Made by a program: the position numbers and the translations under genes | Part shown: piece after piece, positions 20,172-31,191 of the stretch | How the letters are laid out: every line of letters begins with the position of its first letter | How positions within the stretch are numbered: position 1 is the stretch's first letter | Notes under the pieces: generated by a model | The model's database searches: none | Told to the model about the DNA's origin: nothing | What the model saw: only the letters and a program-made list of their open reading frames with translations | NCBI GenBank assembly: GCA_035193785.1 | Contig: CP136572.1 | Location: 1,024,001-1,088,000 of the forward strand | Length of the DNA: 64,000 nucleotides | Reading direction: 5' to 3' | Origin: Planktothrix sp. GU0601_MAG3 | Lineage (GTDB): Bacteria > Cyanobacteriota > Cyanobacteriia > Cyanobacteriales > Microcoleaceae

Positions 20172-22016
20172 TTATACCGTCTTGGTAAAATTACCGTAAC
20201 TAGAAATAGCCTGTTGCATTTGTTTGATAACGTCATCAACAGGAATAGCCCCTAACTCTCCATCAGCACGAGTTCTGATATTCAAGCAATTGGACTCTAT
20301 TTCCTTAGCCCCAACCACCGCCATCACCGGAATTTTATCTTTCTCTGCATTTCTAATTAATTTCCCTAAACGTTCGCTACTGGCATCGGCTTGGGCGCGA
20401 ATTCCAACAGACTGCATTCTTAGGGCAATATCTTGAGCAAAGGGAAGAAATTCTTGGCTGACGGGTAATAGTCGGAATTGTACGGGTGCTAACCAGATGG
20501 GGAAATCGCCAACATATTCCTCTATTAATATTCCCACTAATCGTTCCAAGGAGCCAAAGGGTGCACGATGAATCATCACCGGACGCTGACGAGTTCCATC
20601 CTCGGCGACGTACTCTAAATCGAAGCGTTCGGGTAAATTATAATCCACCTGAACTGTCCCCAATTGCCATTCCCGGTCTAAGGCATCTTGGAAGATAAAG
20701 TCTAATTTAGGGCCATAGAAAGCAGCTTCCCCAATTCCCTCAAAGTAGTTCATTCCCAGGGTTTCTACCGCCCGACGAATCGCTCCTTCTGACTTATTCC
20801 AAACTTCATCCGACCCAATATATTTATCTAAACTCGGGTCACGGAAACTCAGTCTGGCTTTATAGTTAGTTAGTTGTAAACTCTTAAAGACAAACAGAAT
20901 TAAATCCACAACTTTGATAAATTCATCCTCCAATTGTTCAGGAGTGACAAATAAATGGGAGTCATCAACGGTAAACCCGCGAACCCGGGTTAAACCTCCT
21001 AATTCTCCCGATTGTTCATAACGATAAACTGTCCCAAATTCTGCTAAACGCATGGGAAGTTCTCGATAGGAACGTAATTCACTTTTATATATTTGGATAT
21101 GAAAAGGACAGTTCATCGGTTTCAGGACAAACCCCTGTTCCTTGGTTTTGGCTTCCTCATCGTCCGCCATCATTGGAAACATATCCTCTTGATATTTTTG
21201 CCAATGTCCCGAAGTTTTAAATAAATCTACCCGGCCAATATGGGGAGTCGTTACGCCTAAATAGCCCCGCTTCACCTGTTCTTGTTTCAGGAAGTCCTCT
21301 AAGGTACTTCTTAATAGGGTTCCTTTCGGTGTCCATAAAGGTAATCCTGGCCCGACTAAATCGGAGAAGATAAATAGTCCTAACTCCTTACCCAAACGGC
21401 GATGGTCACGTCTGATGGCTTCTTGCTTGCGGCGTTTATGTTCGGCCAATTGTTCGGGGGTTTCCCAAGCGGTTCCATAAATCCGTTGCAGTTGGGCCTT
21501 GGTTTCATCCCCTCGCCAGTAAGCTCCAGCTACACTTTCGAGTTCAATGGCGTTAGGGTCAATCTCCGAGGTATTCTCAACATGGGGCCCCGCACATAAA
21601 TCCCACCATTGGTCGCCTAAATGATAGAGGGTAATGGGTTCCTGTAGGCCTTGCAGGATTTCTAGTTTATAGGGCTCTCCCAGTTTCTGAATCCGTTCTT
21701 GGGCTTCTTCCCGACTAACTTCTTCCCTCAGCATGGGAAGTTTGCGTTTAATAATCTTAACCATTTCCTTTTGAATGGATTTTAAATCCTTTTCGGTAAA
21801 GGGTTCAGGACTATCAAAATCATAATAAAACCCATTTTCAATCCAAGGGCCAATTGTTACTTGTGCCTTGGGAAATAGTTTTTGCACAGCCATCGCCATA
21901 ACGTGGGATACAGTATGTCGAATCCGTTTTAAACTCTCGGATTCACTGGTTTTAGGCAAATGGACTTTTTTCTTTTCTAAGGGTTCTTGAGAACTCTCTA
22001 GCTCTGATATAGACAT
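20172..22016 (-). CDS. thrS: Threonine--tRNA ligase
   Basis: DLCAGPHV, RDHRRLG, KPMNCPFH, YRYEQSG, FYGPKLD and IHRAPFGSLER motifs. Confidence 0.98.
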   Translation of the reverse strand: MSISELESSQEPLEKKKVHLPKTSESESLKRIRHTVSHVMAMAVQKLFPKAQVTIGPWIENGFYYDFDSPEPFTEKDLKSIQKEMVKIIKRKLPMLREEVSREEAQERIQKLGEPYKLEILQGLQEPITLYHLGDQWWDLCAGPHVENTSEIDPNAIELESVAGAYWRGDETKAQLQRIYGTAWETPEQLAEHKRRKQEAIRRDHRRLGKELGLFIFSDLVGPGLPLWTPKGTLLRSTLEDFLKQEQVKRGYLGVTTPHIGRVDLFKTSGHWQKYQEDMFPMMADDEEAKTKEQGFVLKPMNCPFHIQIYKSELRSYRELPMRLAEFGTVYRYEQSGELGGLTRVRGFTVDDSHLFVTPEQLEDEFIKVVDLILFVFKSLQLTNYKARLSFRDPSLDKYIGSDEVWNKSEGAIRRAVETLGMNYFEGIGEAAFYGPKLDFIFQDALDREWQLGTVQVDYNLPERFDLEYVAEDGTRQRPVMIHRAPFGSLERLVGILIEEYVGDFPIWLAPVQFRLLPVSQEFLPFAQDIALRMQSVGIRAQADASSERLGKLIRNAEKDKIPVMAVVGAKEIESNCLNIRTRADGELGAIPVDDVIKQMQQAISSYGNFTKTV

Positions 22017-22134
22017 TGATTAAAGTTACAACAGTAAAATAAAAGTTTGTTAATTCAATTGTACAGAACAGAGGAAACAAACAGGAACAACAGACCTCTA
22101 GGCCGTTAAGTATGGGTTCACCGTATCAATTATT

Positions 22135-22260
22135 CCCTCACCTCCCCTGCTCCCCTACCTCCCCTGCTTCCCCTGCTTCCCCTGCTCCCCTGCTCCCCTG
22201 CTCCCCCTGCTCCCCTACCTCCCCTGCTCCCCCTGCTCCCCTGCTCCCCCACTCCCCTAC
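22135..22260. repeat. C-rich STRR array
   Basis: CTCCCCTG(C)-type tandem units. Confidence 0.9.
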
Positions 22261-22601
22261 TCAATCATCACTTGGGAACTATCAACCGTCAAAGTTCCGG
22301 CTTGAAATTCGGCAATATTGATGGCTTTTTCCAGAAAACCTTGACTGGGGACTTTTCCCTTGAGAACAACAGTTGCACCTTTTTGGGACACCCACAGGGA
22401 ACTAATATCTTTGAGTTCGGGGTCTTCATCAAATGCTAAAGTCACCCGTTTGGCTAACCCGCTTTCATCATATTCTCCCGCAATTCCAATTCTTTCCGGG
22501 GGAAGGGAAGCACTAGCCGCCGCCTGTTGTACAACATCATTGGAAGGTTTAACCGGAGTGTCGCCTGTGATTTCGCCAAAAATACGTTCAAACCATGTCA
22601 T
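22257..22601 (-). CDS. BON-domain (phospholipid-binding) protein
   Basis: GEYDESGLAKRV...VVLKGKVP pattern of small cyanobacterial BON proteins. Confidence 0.8.
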   Translation of the reverse strand: MTWFERIFGEITGDTPVKPSNDVVQQAAASASLPPERIGIAGEYDESGLAKRVTLAFDEDPELKDISSLWVSQKGATVVLKGKVPSQGFLEKAINIAEFQAGTLTVDSSQVMIE

Positions 22602-22642
22602 AAAATTACATATCCTAAGTTGATTAATAATAATATTTTAGT

Positions 22643-24095
22643 TTAATGGAGATTTGTTTGAGAAGCAAGCCATTTCTGCAATTCTTGTTTTAACCCTTTT
22701 AATTCTTCTTCGGGTAATTGATGCCCAAAACGATAGGTTTTGCGACGGGATAAAAAGAAAATATTGGGTTCTTGGGTAACAATTTCTAAGCTCGGATAAA
22801 AATTACCTTGATTATCGGTAGTTCTAATTAAGTTAATTTGTTGAATTTGGGAGATTTCTCCTTGTTTGCGAAAGGGAAAATAAGATAATCCCAAAATTTC
22901 AAAGGTTTTATTATTAAAATTTAGTTGAACTTTTTCAAAGGGTTTATAATCAATAATTGCTTTATATATTAATAATATTATACTAACAGGAATCCCCAAT
23001 AAAGTCAAATAAAATATAATAATCAACCCCAAATCAAGCTGTTGAAAAATGGCAGGATTTAAAATAGTATAAGTTTTGTAGGTAATGAAAGAAGCGATCG
23101 CACCTAATCCCAATCCTTTAATTATAATCGATCCCGGAATAATTTCCCACCCCTTTTTAACTAAACCAATTTGATTTAATAAAATTTTCTGGACTGGAGA
23201 AATATATTGTAGGGAAAACTGAGAGGGAATATCAACTTTTAAAGAATTAGAAGATTGGGATAATTTTAAATGAGGTTCCGAGGTCGTTTTCAAAGGCTGT
23301 TTAGGTTGATAATTTAACGCATATAAAGCCATTTTCGCAGTAGCAAAACGAGATTCTACTGCGGGTTCTATTAAGGTTTCTAACCAATTTTTAAACTCTG
23401 GATTAAGGGTGTCGCCATTAAACTTCATTTTAAACTTTTCTTGGGGTAATTCCGCCGGAGGAACACCCGTTAACAGATGAATTAATGTGGCGCCTAAACT
23501 ATATAAATCGGAAGCAGGAACCGCTAAACCACCAAATTGTTCAATCGGAGTATAACCAAAAGTTCCGACAACGGTAAAACTTGACCCGGGGGTTCTCGGT
23601 TGAATTTGTACCGAACCTAAATCAATTAAATAAATATGATGATCTTCTCCCCAAATTAAATTACTAGGTTTAATATCCCGATGTAAAATAGGTGGATGGA
23701 GTTGATGTAAATAATTGAGATTTTCTAAAACTTCAAAGGTGATCCAGTATAATTGTTGTTGGGTAAACAAATGATGATTGTCTAATTTTTGTTTGAGGGA
23801 ATCACCCGGAATATATTCGGTGACTAAAGCAAACCAAATATTTTGATCATCCAGGGAAAAATAATCTCGATATTTGACTAAACGGGGATGATTGAGTTGC
23901 TTTAAAACCTGCGCTTCCCGTTCTAATAATTTTAGATCTTCCCATTGCATAGAAACCTCCTAATGCTAATAATTTGACAACCGCTTTATCTTTAAGCATT
24001 AGGTCATCCGCTAACCAAGTTTGGCGAATGGGATTTTCATTCAGTTGGCGTTTCAGTCGAAACCTATGGTTAAGCAAAGTTCCCGCAGTCAGCAT
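22643..24095 (-). CDS. Ser/Thr protein kinase with TM segments (apparent frameshift near 23953)
   Basis: VVKLL, HRDIKPSN, IDLGSV, GTFGYTP and SDLYSLG motifs. Confidence 0.92.
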
Positions 24096-24157
24096 TATCC
24101 CCAAAATCTAAAATAAAGGTTGATATTATTATATTGTAGCTAAAAATTGTTCTGTGT

Positions 24158-24249
24158 CAGGACTTACGCAAAACAATCATATCTAGTAGGGGCGAACGGC
24201 CGTTCGCCCCTACAGATGGTGTATAATTGGGTATCCTGCGTAAGTTATG
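24158..24249. mobile_element. 92-bp MITE with CAGGACTTACGCA-type TIRs, TGTGT target duplication and an internal GTAG-REP hairpin
   Basis: Left TIR CAGGACTTACGCA; right TGCGTAAGTTATG (2 mismatches); TGTGT at 24153-24157 and 24250-24254. Confidence 0.8.
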
Positions 24250-24292
24250 TGTGTTTTTGAGGTTGGCGATCGCATTCTATAATTAAAGGAAT

Positions 24293-25414
24293 TCAGTTTA
24301 ACTTTCCCCGTCTAATTTTTTCCCATAACTGTTGATACTGTTTCACAGAATTGGGCGAAAGGGGTTCGAGAAAATCACTTTTTTTTAAAATAGCTTGATC
24401 GGGAAATAATAGAGGATTTTCCCTTAAAGATTGGGGTAACTCCTGTGGATTCATTCCCAAAATAATTGGGGATGTTGTCCCGGTTAATAATGAAAGTTGA
24501 GTCGCAACTTGAGGCGACCAACAAAAATCGATCCAATTATCTGCTAAAGTGGCGGTAGGAGAAGATTTAACCCCCGCAGGTTTTACCCATAAATCCGACC
24601 ATAAAGCCGTCCCCGATTGAGGAACAACGGCGGCTAAACCATTCTGATATTGAACTTCTGGCGAAATATCCGTAGACCAACCCACCGCCAACCAAGTATC
24701 CCCTAAAATCAAAGGTTTCAGATAACTATTAGAATCATAAAGTTTAATATTTTGATGGAGTTTCAGCAGTTCAGATTCTAGGTTTTTGACTTTACTTAAA
24801 TCGGGAGTATTATAGGAATGACCTAATTTTTTTAAAGTTAAACCAATAACTTCCCGCGCTTGATTCGGTAAAGAAATACGGTGACGTAATTCTGGACGCC
24901 ATAAATCACTCCAATCTTTAGGTGTCCATCCTAACCCCTGAAACTTATCAACCTGATAAATAATTACTGTACTACCCGAACGATAGGGGGCGGCCCAAAT
25001 TTGACCCTTGGGATCAACTTTACCCTGAGCATTGCGCCGGACAATATTTTGCCAACGGGGGGGAAGTTGATCCCAACCGGGCCATAATTTCGGATCAAGG
25101 GGTTGAATCAGCTTTTGTTGAATAGCTGAATGTAACCAAAAATCCCCAATCATCACCAAATCAGCTTGAGACGACGGCTGATTTTGTGGTTGGGCTTGCC
25201 CTTTTTCCAAGCCTTCAAATAAATCCTTGAGTTGGGCTTGGGGAACAAAATTCACCGCCCCTCGGTCGAATTGTTGTCGAAACTTGTTCGCCATTTGCAC
25301 GGGAACAGAACCTTTGAGAACTTCCACCGTCAGGGCCGCAGCTTGTTTACATCCAGCTACGACCTGACTTAAAGTTAAAGCACCGATTCCCTGTAGAAAA
25401 AACCTTCGCTTCAC
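24293..25414 (-). CDS. ABC transporter substrate-binding lipoprotein (PotD-like)
   Basis: Tat/lipoprotein-like start KRRFFL...VAGC; WSDLWRPEL and GTALWSDLW motifs. Confidence 0.85.
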   Translation of the reverse strand: MKRRFFLQGIGALTLSQVVAGCKQAAALTVEVLKGSVPVQMANKFRQQFDRGAVNFVPQAQLKDLFEGLEKGQAQPQNQPSSQADLVMIGDFWLHSAIQQKLIQPLDPKLWPGWDQLPPRWQNIVRRNAQGKVDPKGQIWAAPYRSGSTVIIYQVDKFQGLGWTPKDWSDLWRPELRHRISLPNQAREVIGLTLKKLGHSYNTPDLSKVKNLESELLKLHQNIKLYDSNSYLKPLILGDTWLAVGWSTDISPEVQYQNGLAAVVPQSGTALWSDLWVKPAGVKSSPTATLADNWIDFCWSPQVATQLSLLTGTTSPIILGMNPQELPQSLRENPLLFPDQAILKKSDFLEPLSPNSVKQYQQLWEKIRRGKLN

Positions 25415-25419
25415 TATCG

Positions 25420-25960
25420 CTACTCAATCCGTTTTTCTAAATACTGACCGATCATGGTTTGTTCTCCAGCGCGTGAAATAATCGTTTGTCGGGTGCGGTA
25501 TCGTTGACCCACCAATTTAATTTCTTCCTCAAACACAGAACCATTGTACTCGCTTCTGAGGCATAAAGTATTGGCATCGAGTAGATAATATTTGGCAATA
25601 ACGGGTTTAGGAGTCATAAATCCCCGATCTCGATAGAGTAAGTCGTCACAGACCCCAAACCGAGTTGATCCGGTGGACATTTTTTTACCGGAGACGGAAT
25701 TGCAGCTTTTCCAAGTAACTTTCGACCCACAACTGAGGATCATCGGGTCATCTAATTGGTGTAATTGAGCAATATCAAACAGATCGGGACAACCAGGTGC
25801 TAAAAACTCCACGGTTATCTCGCTGGTGATTTCTTGGGTGTCTCCTTCTGGAAGTGTGTAGTAGCGCCGTTTCTGAGTACCAATTTCCCACACTGCGGTA
25901 GAAATAGTCCGCTACTGGGGAGGCAATCTCACGGGGGTTTTGCTGGATCAGGGATTTCAT
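25420..25960 (-). CDS. CpcS/CpeS-type phycobiliprotein lyase (CpcV-like; apparent frameshift near 25872)
   Basis: SVGNWYSERRYY, LYRDRGF, EEEI and RTRQTII motifs. Confidence 0.8.
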
Positions 25961-26325
25961 TGGTGGCTGCTCCTAAACACGATATGAACGGGTGGAATCG
26001 CTTCACAAAAGAGGTAAAAGTAAAACTTTTGTTACAATTCTTAATCTAATCATAACAGACTCAAACTGGCAATCGTTTTCCGACGGTCGGTAGGAAAGTC
26101 TAATTGAGACCGTTAGCAATAGCCACCAGACGGTAGAGTTAGGCTATAAGTACAGTAATTGTTTCAATTTTTCAAGATCTCTATGGGCAAAAATCTGAAT
26201 TTCATGACAAAACCTGGAAATTGAGTGATTTTTCTTACTTTAGTAAATAAGGAAAACTTAACTATAGGAATCCTAAATAGGTTGTCACATTTCAATACTG
26301 ATATTAAACAGTTATAAGTATTACT

Positions 26326-26367
26326 CCTGTTCCCTATTCCCTGTTCCCTATTCCCTATTCCCTATTC
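26326..26367. repeat. TTCCCTA/TTCCCTG heptamer STRR
   Basis: Directly visible. Confidence 0.85.
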
Positions 26368-26480
26368 TTTGCCATAAAACTTCAGCAAAAGGTTAAATAA
26401 TTTAGTAAATAATTGAGTCTTTGACCCTGTGCTGTCTAGGATAAGATTAGGAAATTTTTTACTTAAACAGGAGTATTTCT

Positions 26481-26864
26481 ATGGATGGACTAACCCGAAA
26501 AGTGGTTACTTTGACCGATAAAGTAGATGCCTTATACGAGATCATCACACAGCTTAAGAATCAAGTCTCTGATCATTTGTCCTCAAAAGAAACCACGAAC
26601 TCATCCGATAAAACGACAAATTTTGCCGAATACGCTTTTCCCGCCTCCCTCCCCGATGTTCCACAAGCCCGCAAAGGTCTATCCCAACAGGAGCACAAAG
26701 ATATCTTGATTGATGATGAATATATAGAAACCAGTTACTACAGTCAAGAACCCTCTCTAACCGCCGACATTCAAATTCAGCGACTAACAGCCCAACTAAC
26801 TGCCGCCTATAACCGTATTGCGGCTTTAGAAGAACAGTTATTGTCACAAAGAATACATTTTTAA
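26481..26864 (+). CDS. Conserved cyanobacterial hypothetical protein with coiled-coil C-terminus
   Basis: Good RBS (CAGGAG); motif QIQRLTAQLTAAYNRIAALEEQLL. Confidence 0.8.
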   Translation: MDGLTRKVVTLTDKVDALYEIITQLKNQVSDHLSSKETTNSSDKTTNFAEYAFPASLPDVPQARKGLSQQEHKDILIDDEYIETSYYSQEPSLTADIQIQRLTAQLTAAYNRIAALEEQLLSQRIHF

Positions 26865-27011
26865 GAATACATTTTTTAAAAGATTTGCCGGAAATGGTTA
26901 ACAGTGATCATCCTGAATTACTGTTTCCGGTATATCAATTTATAAGTCATGGAATGGGAATTATCAACCTAACCCTTTAATTTGGGTTATAGCAGTCGCG
27001 GGTATTAAGGT

Positions 27012-27317
27012 CAGGACTTACGCAGTTACGCTATATATAGCGTACTAATGAGTTATCGCTCGCGCTCGTAACTCAAACGAGATTGCTTTAACAGAAACAA
27101 CCTCTTAAAGTCCCCCAATTTTGGGGGATTTAGGGGGCAAATATTGCTGCTTGAGAAATCTGTCTAAACACTATACATTTCAAGCCATCTAGCCCCCTAG
27201 CCCCCAACATTGGGGGGAAAATAAATAATTAGGACTTTTTAGGGCGATTGCTATTATCATTGGTATGCGATCGCCTACTTTTGACACGCTATATATAGCC
27301 TGCTTGCGTAAGTCCTG
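27012..27317. mobile_element. 306-bp MITE with perfect 13-bp TIRs and AAGGT target duplication
   Basis: CAGGACTTACGCA ... TGCGTAAGTCCTG; AAGGT at 27007-27011 and 27318-27322; contains poly-C/poly-G hairpins. Confidence 0.88.
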
Positions 27318-27378
27318 AAGGTATTTGACAAATATTGTCCAGAAAACCCGTGTCGCCCGCTATAATAGTGAATAATCC

Positions 27379-29455
27379 CTACTTAGGTACAGACCAAGAA
27401 CGAACTTGTCCCAATGTAACTGGAATCATATAACTAACATCAATAGTAAAAAGATAAACCTTTTTGGCTCTTAAACCCCGTTCAGGATCGAAAAACTTTA
27501 ATTTCACGTCCCAACAATCGCTATTAATCCGACAGAAAGGACTTTTTTCAATTTCAATAGTATCTAATTCCATCCCGGTAGAAACAGCTTGGGCGAAACT
27601 AGAAGCTGCTTGAAAAGCGTTAGTTGCTGCAAAATTTAACGCCCTATCTTTAGAAGTTTTTCCTAAGTTTTGCAAATCAAAATAAACTCGTTTCAAGAAA
27701 CTACTCAGAGATCTTCGCATTTGGATCTCGTTGACATCAACCAGTTCATCAGAAAGAGTTTGTAAAACTGCATCAACTAAACCGTTGACTTTCCAACCGT
27801 ACATTCCCCTGATATTATTAATAGTAATAACAGGGACTTCTTGACCAGAAAATAGAGTAATTGTTTGATCAGTAATTTGTCCTGGAATACTCACCCTTTC
27901 AATATAATCATCGCTACTTTCTGGTTCAATTTGTCCAGCTAACATTAGGTTTAACATTTCATAAACATCAGCCGCAAATCCGCCTTTAACTTCCAGGGCA
28001 TAAACGGGGTTAAATTCTTGGTTAATTGTCCAAATTAAGGATTTACTTTCCGAGGCATTTTCTGCTAAATAATTGACGATTTGAGACGCATCGTAGGGAT
28101 TAGCCGGAATCGTTGTACCATCAATTTCTACGGCGGGCATTAATTGTTTAAAACTGTCCCGTCGGGCTTCACTCCCGAAGTCATAACCAATGGTTCCTAA
28201 AACATAAACCAGTTTGGATGCAGCACTAGCAGTAATACCGTTAGTCGGTTGACTAGGGGTAATATTAGCCACCGCTACGGCTGAAGAACCGCTAGGAGTA
28301 ACGACATTACCTACAGCTAATAATGGGCTGTTAATTGTGTTTTCTATTCTCTTAATAGGAGCAACGGTATTAACCGGAATAGTAATTTCTGATTGTCTAA
28401 TTTCAGAAGTTTCAACGGTGGTTAATAGTTCTCCTGTTAATAAGTTGTAAGCCCCAGGAATATTTAGTTTTCCTAATAAACAGCGTTCGGGTTCTTCTAC
28501 TTCTTTGGGGTCGCAGGGAATAGCACTTTTTAAAATAGCTTGACGGACGGTTTCAGCATTGGGTTTTTCCCCTCTTTGCAGTTGCATACTCATTAATAAA
28601 GCCGAAATTCCAGTAACAATAGGAGCGGCACAACTTGTCCCTTGTTGTTTGATCGGAATATCGGTTCCAGGTTTCAGCCCCTAAGATATTTTCACCGTTA
28701 GCCATTACCCCTTTATCTTGATAGTCACCCCCATAATTACTAAACTTAAAAGGTTGTCCATCATCACGCATAGCACCCACTGTTAAAACATCGGGCAAAA
28801 TTGAAGGAATACACCAACATTCGCCTTTATCATTACCACCCGGAGCCACAATTAAAATATTACTATCTTGACATTGTTTAACCGCCCGGGCAAAGATTTC
28901 TTGAGCCATTCCTGACTGAGTGGGATGACAAGCCGCAATATGAATAATATTAACTTCGGCTTTTAAGGCTTCGTTAATCGCATGGGTAAGATTAACAAAG
29001 GAAATAAAATCATCTCCCGCGAAGGAAATAGGAATATTAATCGCCGTACAATTAGGCGCGATACCAGCAACCGGAGAGCCATGTTGTCCTAAAATGGTAC
29101 TAGCAATATGAGTCGCATGACTAGATAATTCAATCCGCATTTGAATGGCTTTAGGAAAATCTTTAAAAAAGGCTTCGCGTTCTTTTTTCGCTTCTTCTTT
29201 ATCGTGGTCGGGGTCTTCTTTTTTCGCCTTTTGTTGTTGATTAAATTCTGTAGCTAATTTCTGGTAATGATAATACTCATCATTGAGTTCAATATCTTCT
29301 GCCCAATAGGGTTTAAATTGAGTAATATTTGCACCTTTAAAACAAGCCCGTTCTAAATCTGCCGCACCGTCAAGAATAGCAATTTTAATCCGAGAATCGC
29401 CTTTTGTTCTTGTCCAAAGTTCAGGTATTCCAGGAATAGTAATTAAATCAGGCAT
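27379..29455 (-). CDS. Cyanobactin C-terminal protease/macrocyclase, PatG/PagG type without oxidase domain (apparent frameshift near 28672)
   Basis: IAILDG, helical insertion, SSHATHIAS, GGND and GTSCAAP in the corrected frame; C-terminal DUF with YDFGSEARRDSF. Confidence 0.93.
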
Positions 29456-29643
29456 GGTTATAGTTATCGAGCAAATAATTTTAGTTTACATTAGAAGCGA
29501 TCGCCAGCAGTATCTTACAGGGAAACCTTATCTATTTGCTCACAATCATTGTTAATAATCATTACAAAAACTCAACCACCAGCATAGCCTCAGATTATCA
29601 TCCAGTCAGTCAAACTTCAACTAATCTGGAGACACAAACAACT

Positions 29644-29799
29644 ATGACTAAGAAAAACCTCAAACCCCAACAAGCCGCACCCGTGCAACGTCAAGTGATC
29701 ACAACTTCTTGTCAAGGAGAAAAAGCCTTATTTGCTAGTACAGAGTGTGATATTTTCACCAGACAATGTACTCCTTTTGCGGGCGACGACGCGGAGTAA
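29644..29799 (+). CDS. Cyanobactin precursor peptide (PagE/AcyE type), predicted core TECDIFTRQCTP
   Basis: MTKKNLKPQQAAPVQR leader, Pro-terminated core and FAGDDAE follower. Confidence 0.93.
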   Translation: MTKKNLKPQQAAPVQRQVITTSCQGEKALFASTECDIFTRQCTPFAGDDAE

Positions 29800-29832
29800 T
29801 CCCCTTGATTATAACACTCACCTCAAAAAGTG

Positions 29833-30193
29833 TCAAAAGTCTTTTTCTGCCTCCCTTGGCGCACGGTTTGCCTCTATGAATTGACGCACAATCCTTGTTA
29901 ATTCGGGGCTTTCGGATACCTGGCACGGGGTTTGAACAAGACGAGACTTAGATTTTTTTGGGTGAGTGGTTTGACCCTGTTTCGGGTTGTGCAGGTTCGA
30001 TCAGATAATGAACATGATTGGACATAATACACAAAGCATAAAGCTTAAACTTGTATTTGTTCAAAGCCTTCTTGATCGCATAAAGAAACACTTCCCGACA
30101 CTCACGCTTTTGCAGTTTAAACTCACGGTTATTGCAACGGATGGTGATATGGTAAGAATATCCAGACTGTAAATTCCGAGGTTTTCTAGGCAT
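29833..30193 (-). pseudogene. Internally deleted RAYT/Y1-type HUH transposase
   Basis: MPRKPR...YHITIRCNN...CIMSNHVHYLI followed directly by a C-terminal-like tail; no YIHxNP catalytic segment. Confidence 0.75.
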
Positions 30194-30223
30194 ACCTTTT
30201 AACAAGATAAAAACTAGCCATTT

Positions 30224-31118
30224 ATGATAGTTGATGTAATCCAAAAAGACAGAATCAAAGAACAAAAACTACAGTTTATTCGCAATCATCAACAAGCCTT
30301 TGATGTTGAGCCAATTTATCCGCTCCCCTTGTTTGAAGACTTTGTGATGAGTGTGGAAGGTGACTGTAGTATTGAAGCTTCTTGTAAGATAGAATTAGAT
30401 AAATTAATTGCCTCAAGATTTTTGCTTTTTTTTAAAGATAAGGCGCAACAATGGCAAAAATATCTTTATCAATCCTTAGCATTTTTTAGTCAAGTAGAAA
30501 ACCGTGTTGGTGTGCAAATTGACTACTCTTTATTACATCAATTTTTAGGATATAACTTTGATTTCAGTAAAGTTACCGTCCTTTCTGCGGGTATTGACTT
30601 AAGAAATAATCTTGCTGAATCTAGCTTAAAAATGCACATTAGAATAGAAGATTATCCCGAAAAATTAGAGACAGCCTTCTCTTTAAGTGATGGTGCGACG
30701 GATGGTAATTACCTGAAAAATTTTGTCAACTTGATTGGTTTTGATTTTTATTTTAATGGTAAAAGTGAAATAGAAATTTATGCCGAAGTATCAGAAGCAG
30801 ACTTTTTTAAACCTAAAATCCAAAATTCAGTCTGGCGACATTTTCCCCCATCGGTATTAATTCCCCTACAAGCATCAAGTTTATTCTACGTTGGTTTATC
30901 TAAAGCAAATAACAATCCAGTTTCTCTATTATCACCTTAAAAATAGACAAGATTTAGCCAATTATTTTAAACTCAACGACACCGCCCAAAGAGTTCACAG
31001 CTTTTATCAGCATCAAGATATATTACCTAATATGTGGGTAGGTACTGCTCAAAAAGAATTAGAAAAAACTAGAATAGAAAATGTTAGACTTTATTATTAC
31101 AAATCCTTTATAAACTAA
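30224..31118 (+). CDS. Cyanobactin prenyltransferase, PagF/LynF/TruF family (apparent frameshift near 30922)
   Basis: IEASCK, ASRF, GIDLR, SSLKMHIRI, IGFDFYFNGKSEIEIY and RLYY; closely resembles PagF as recalled. Confidence 0.93.
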
Positions 31119-31191
31119 CTATCACTTTTCGTTATTAATGACTAAGGAAAACATCAACATGGATAAAATGACTAACGTTACCATCTGTTTC

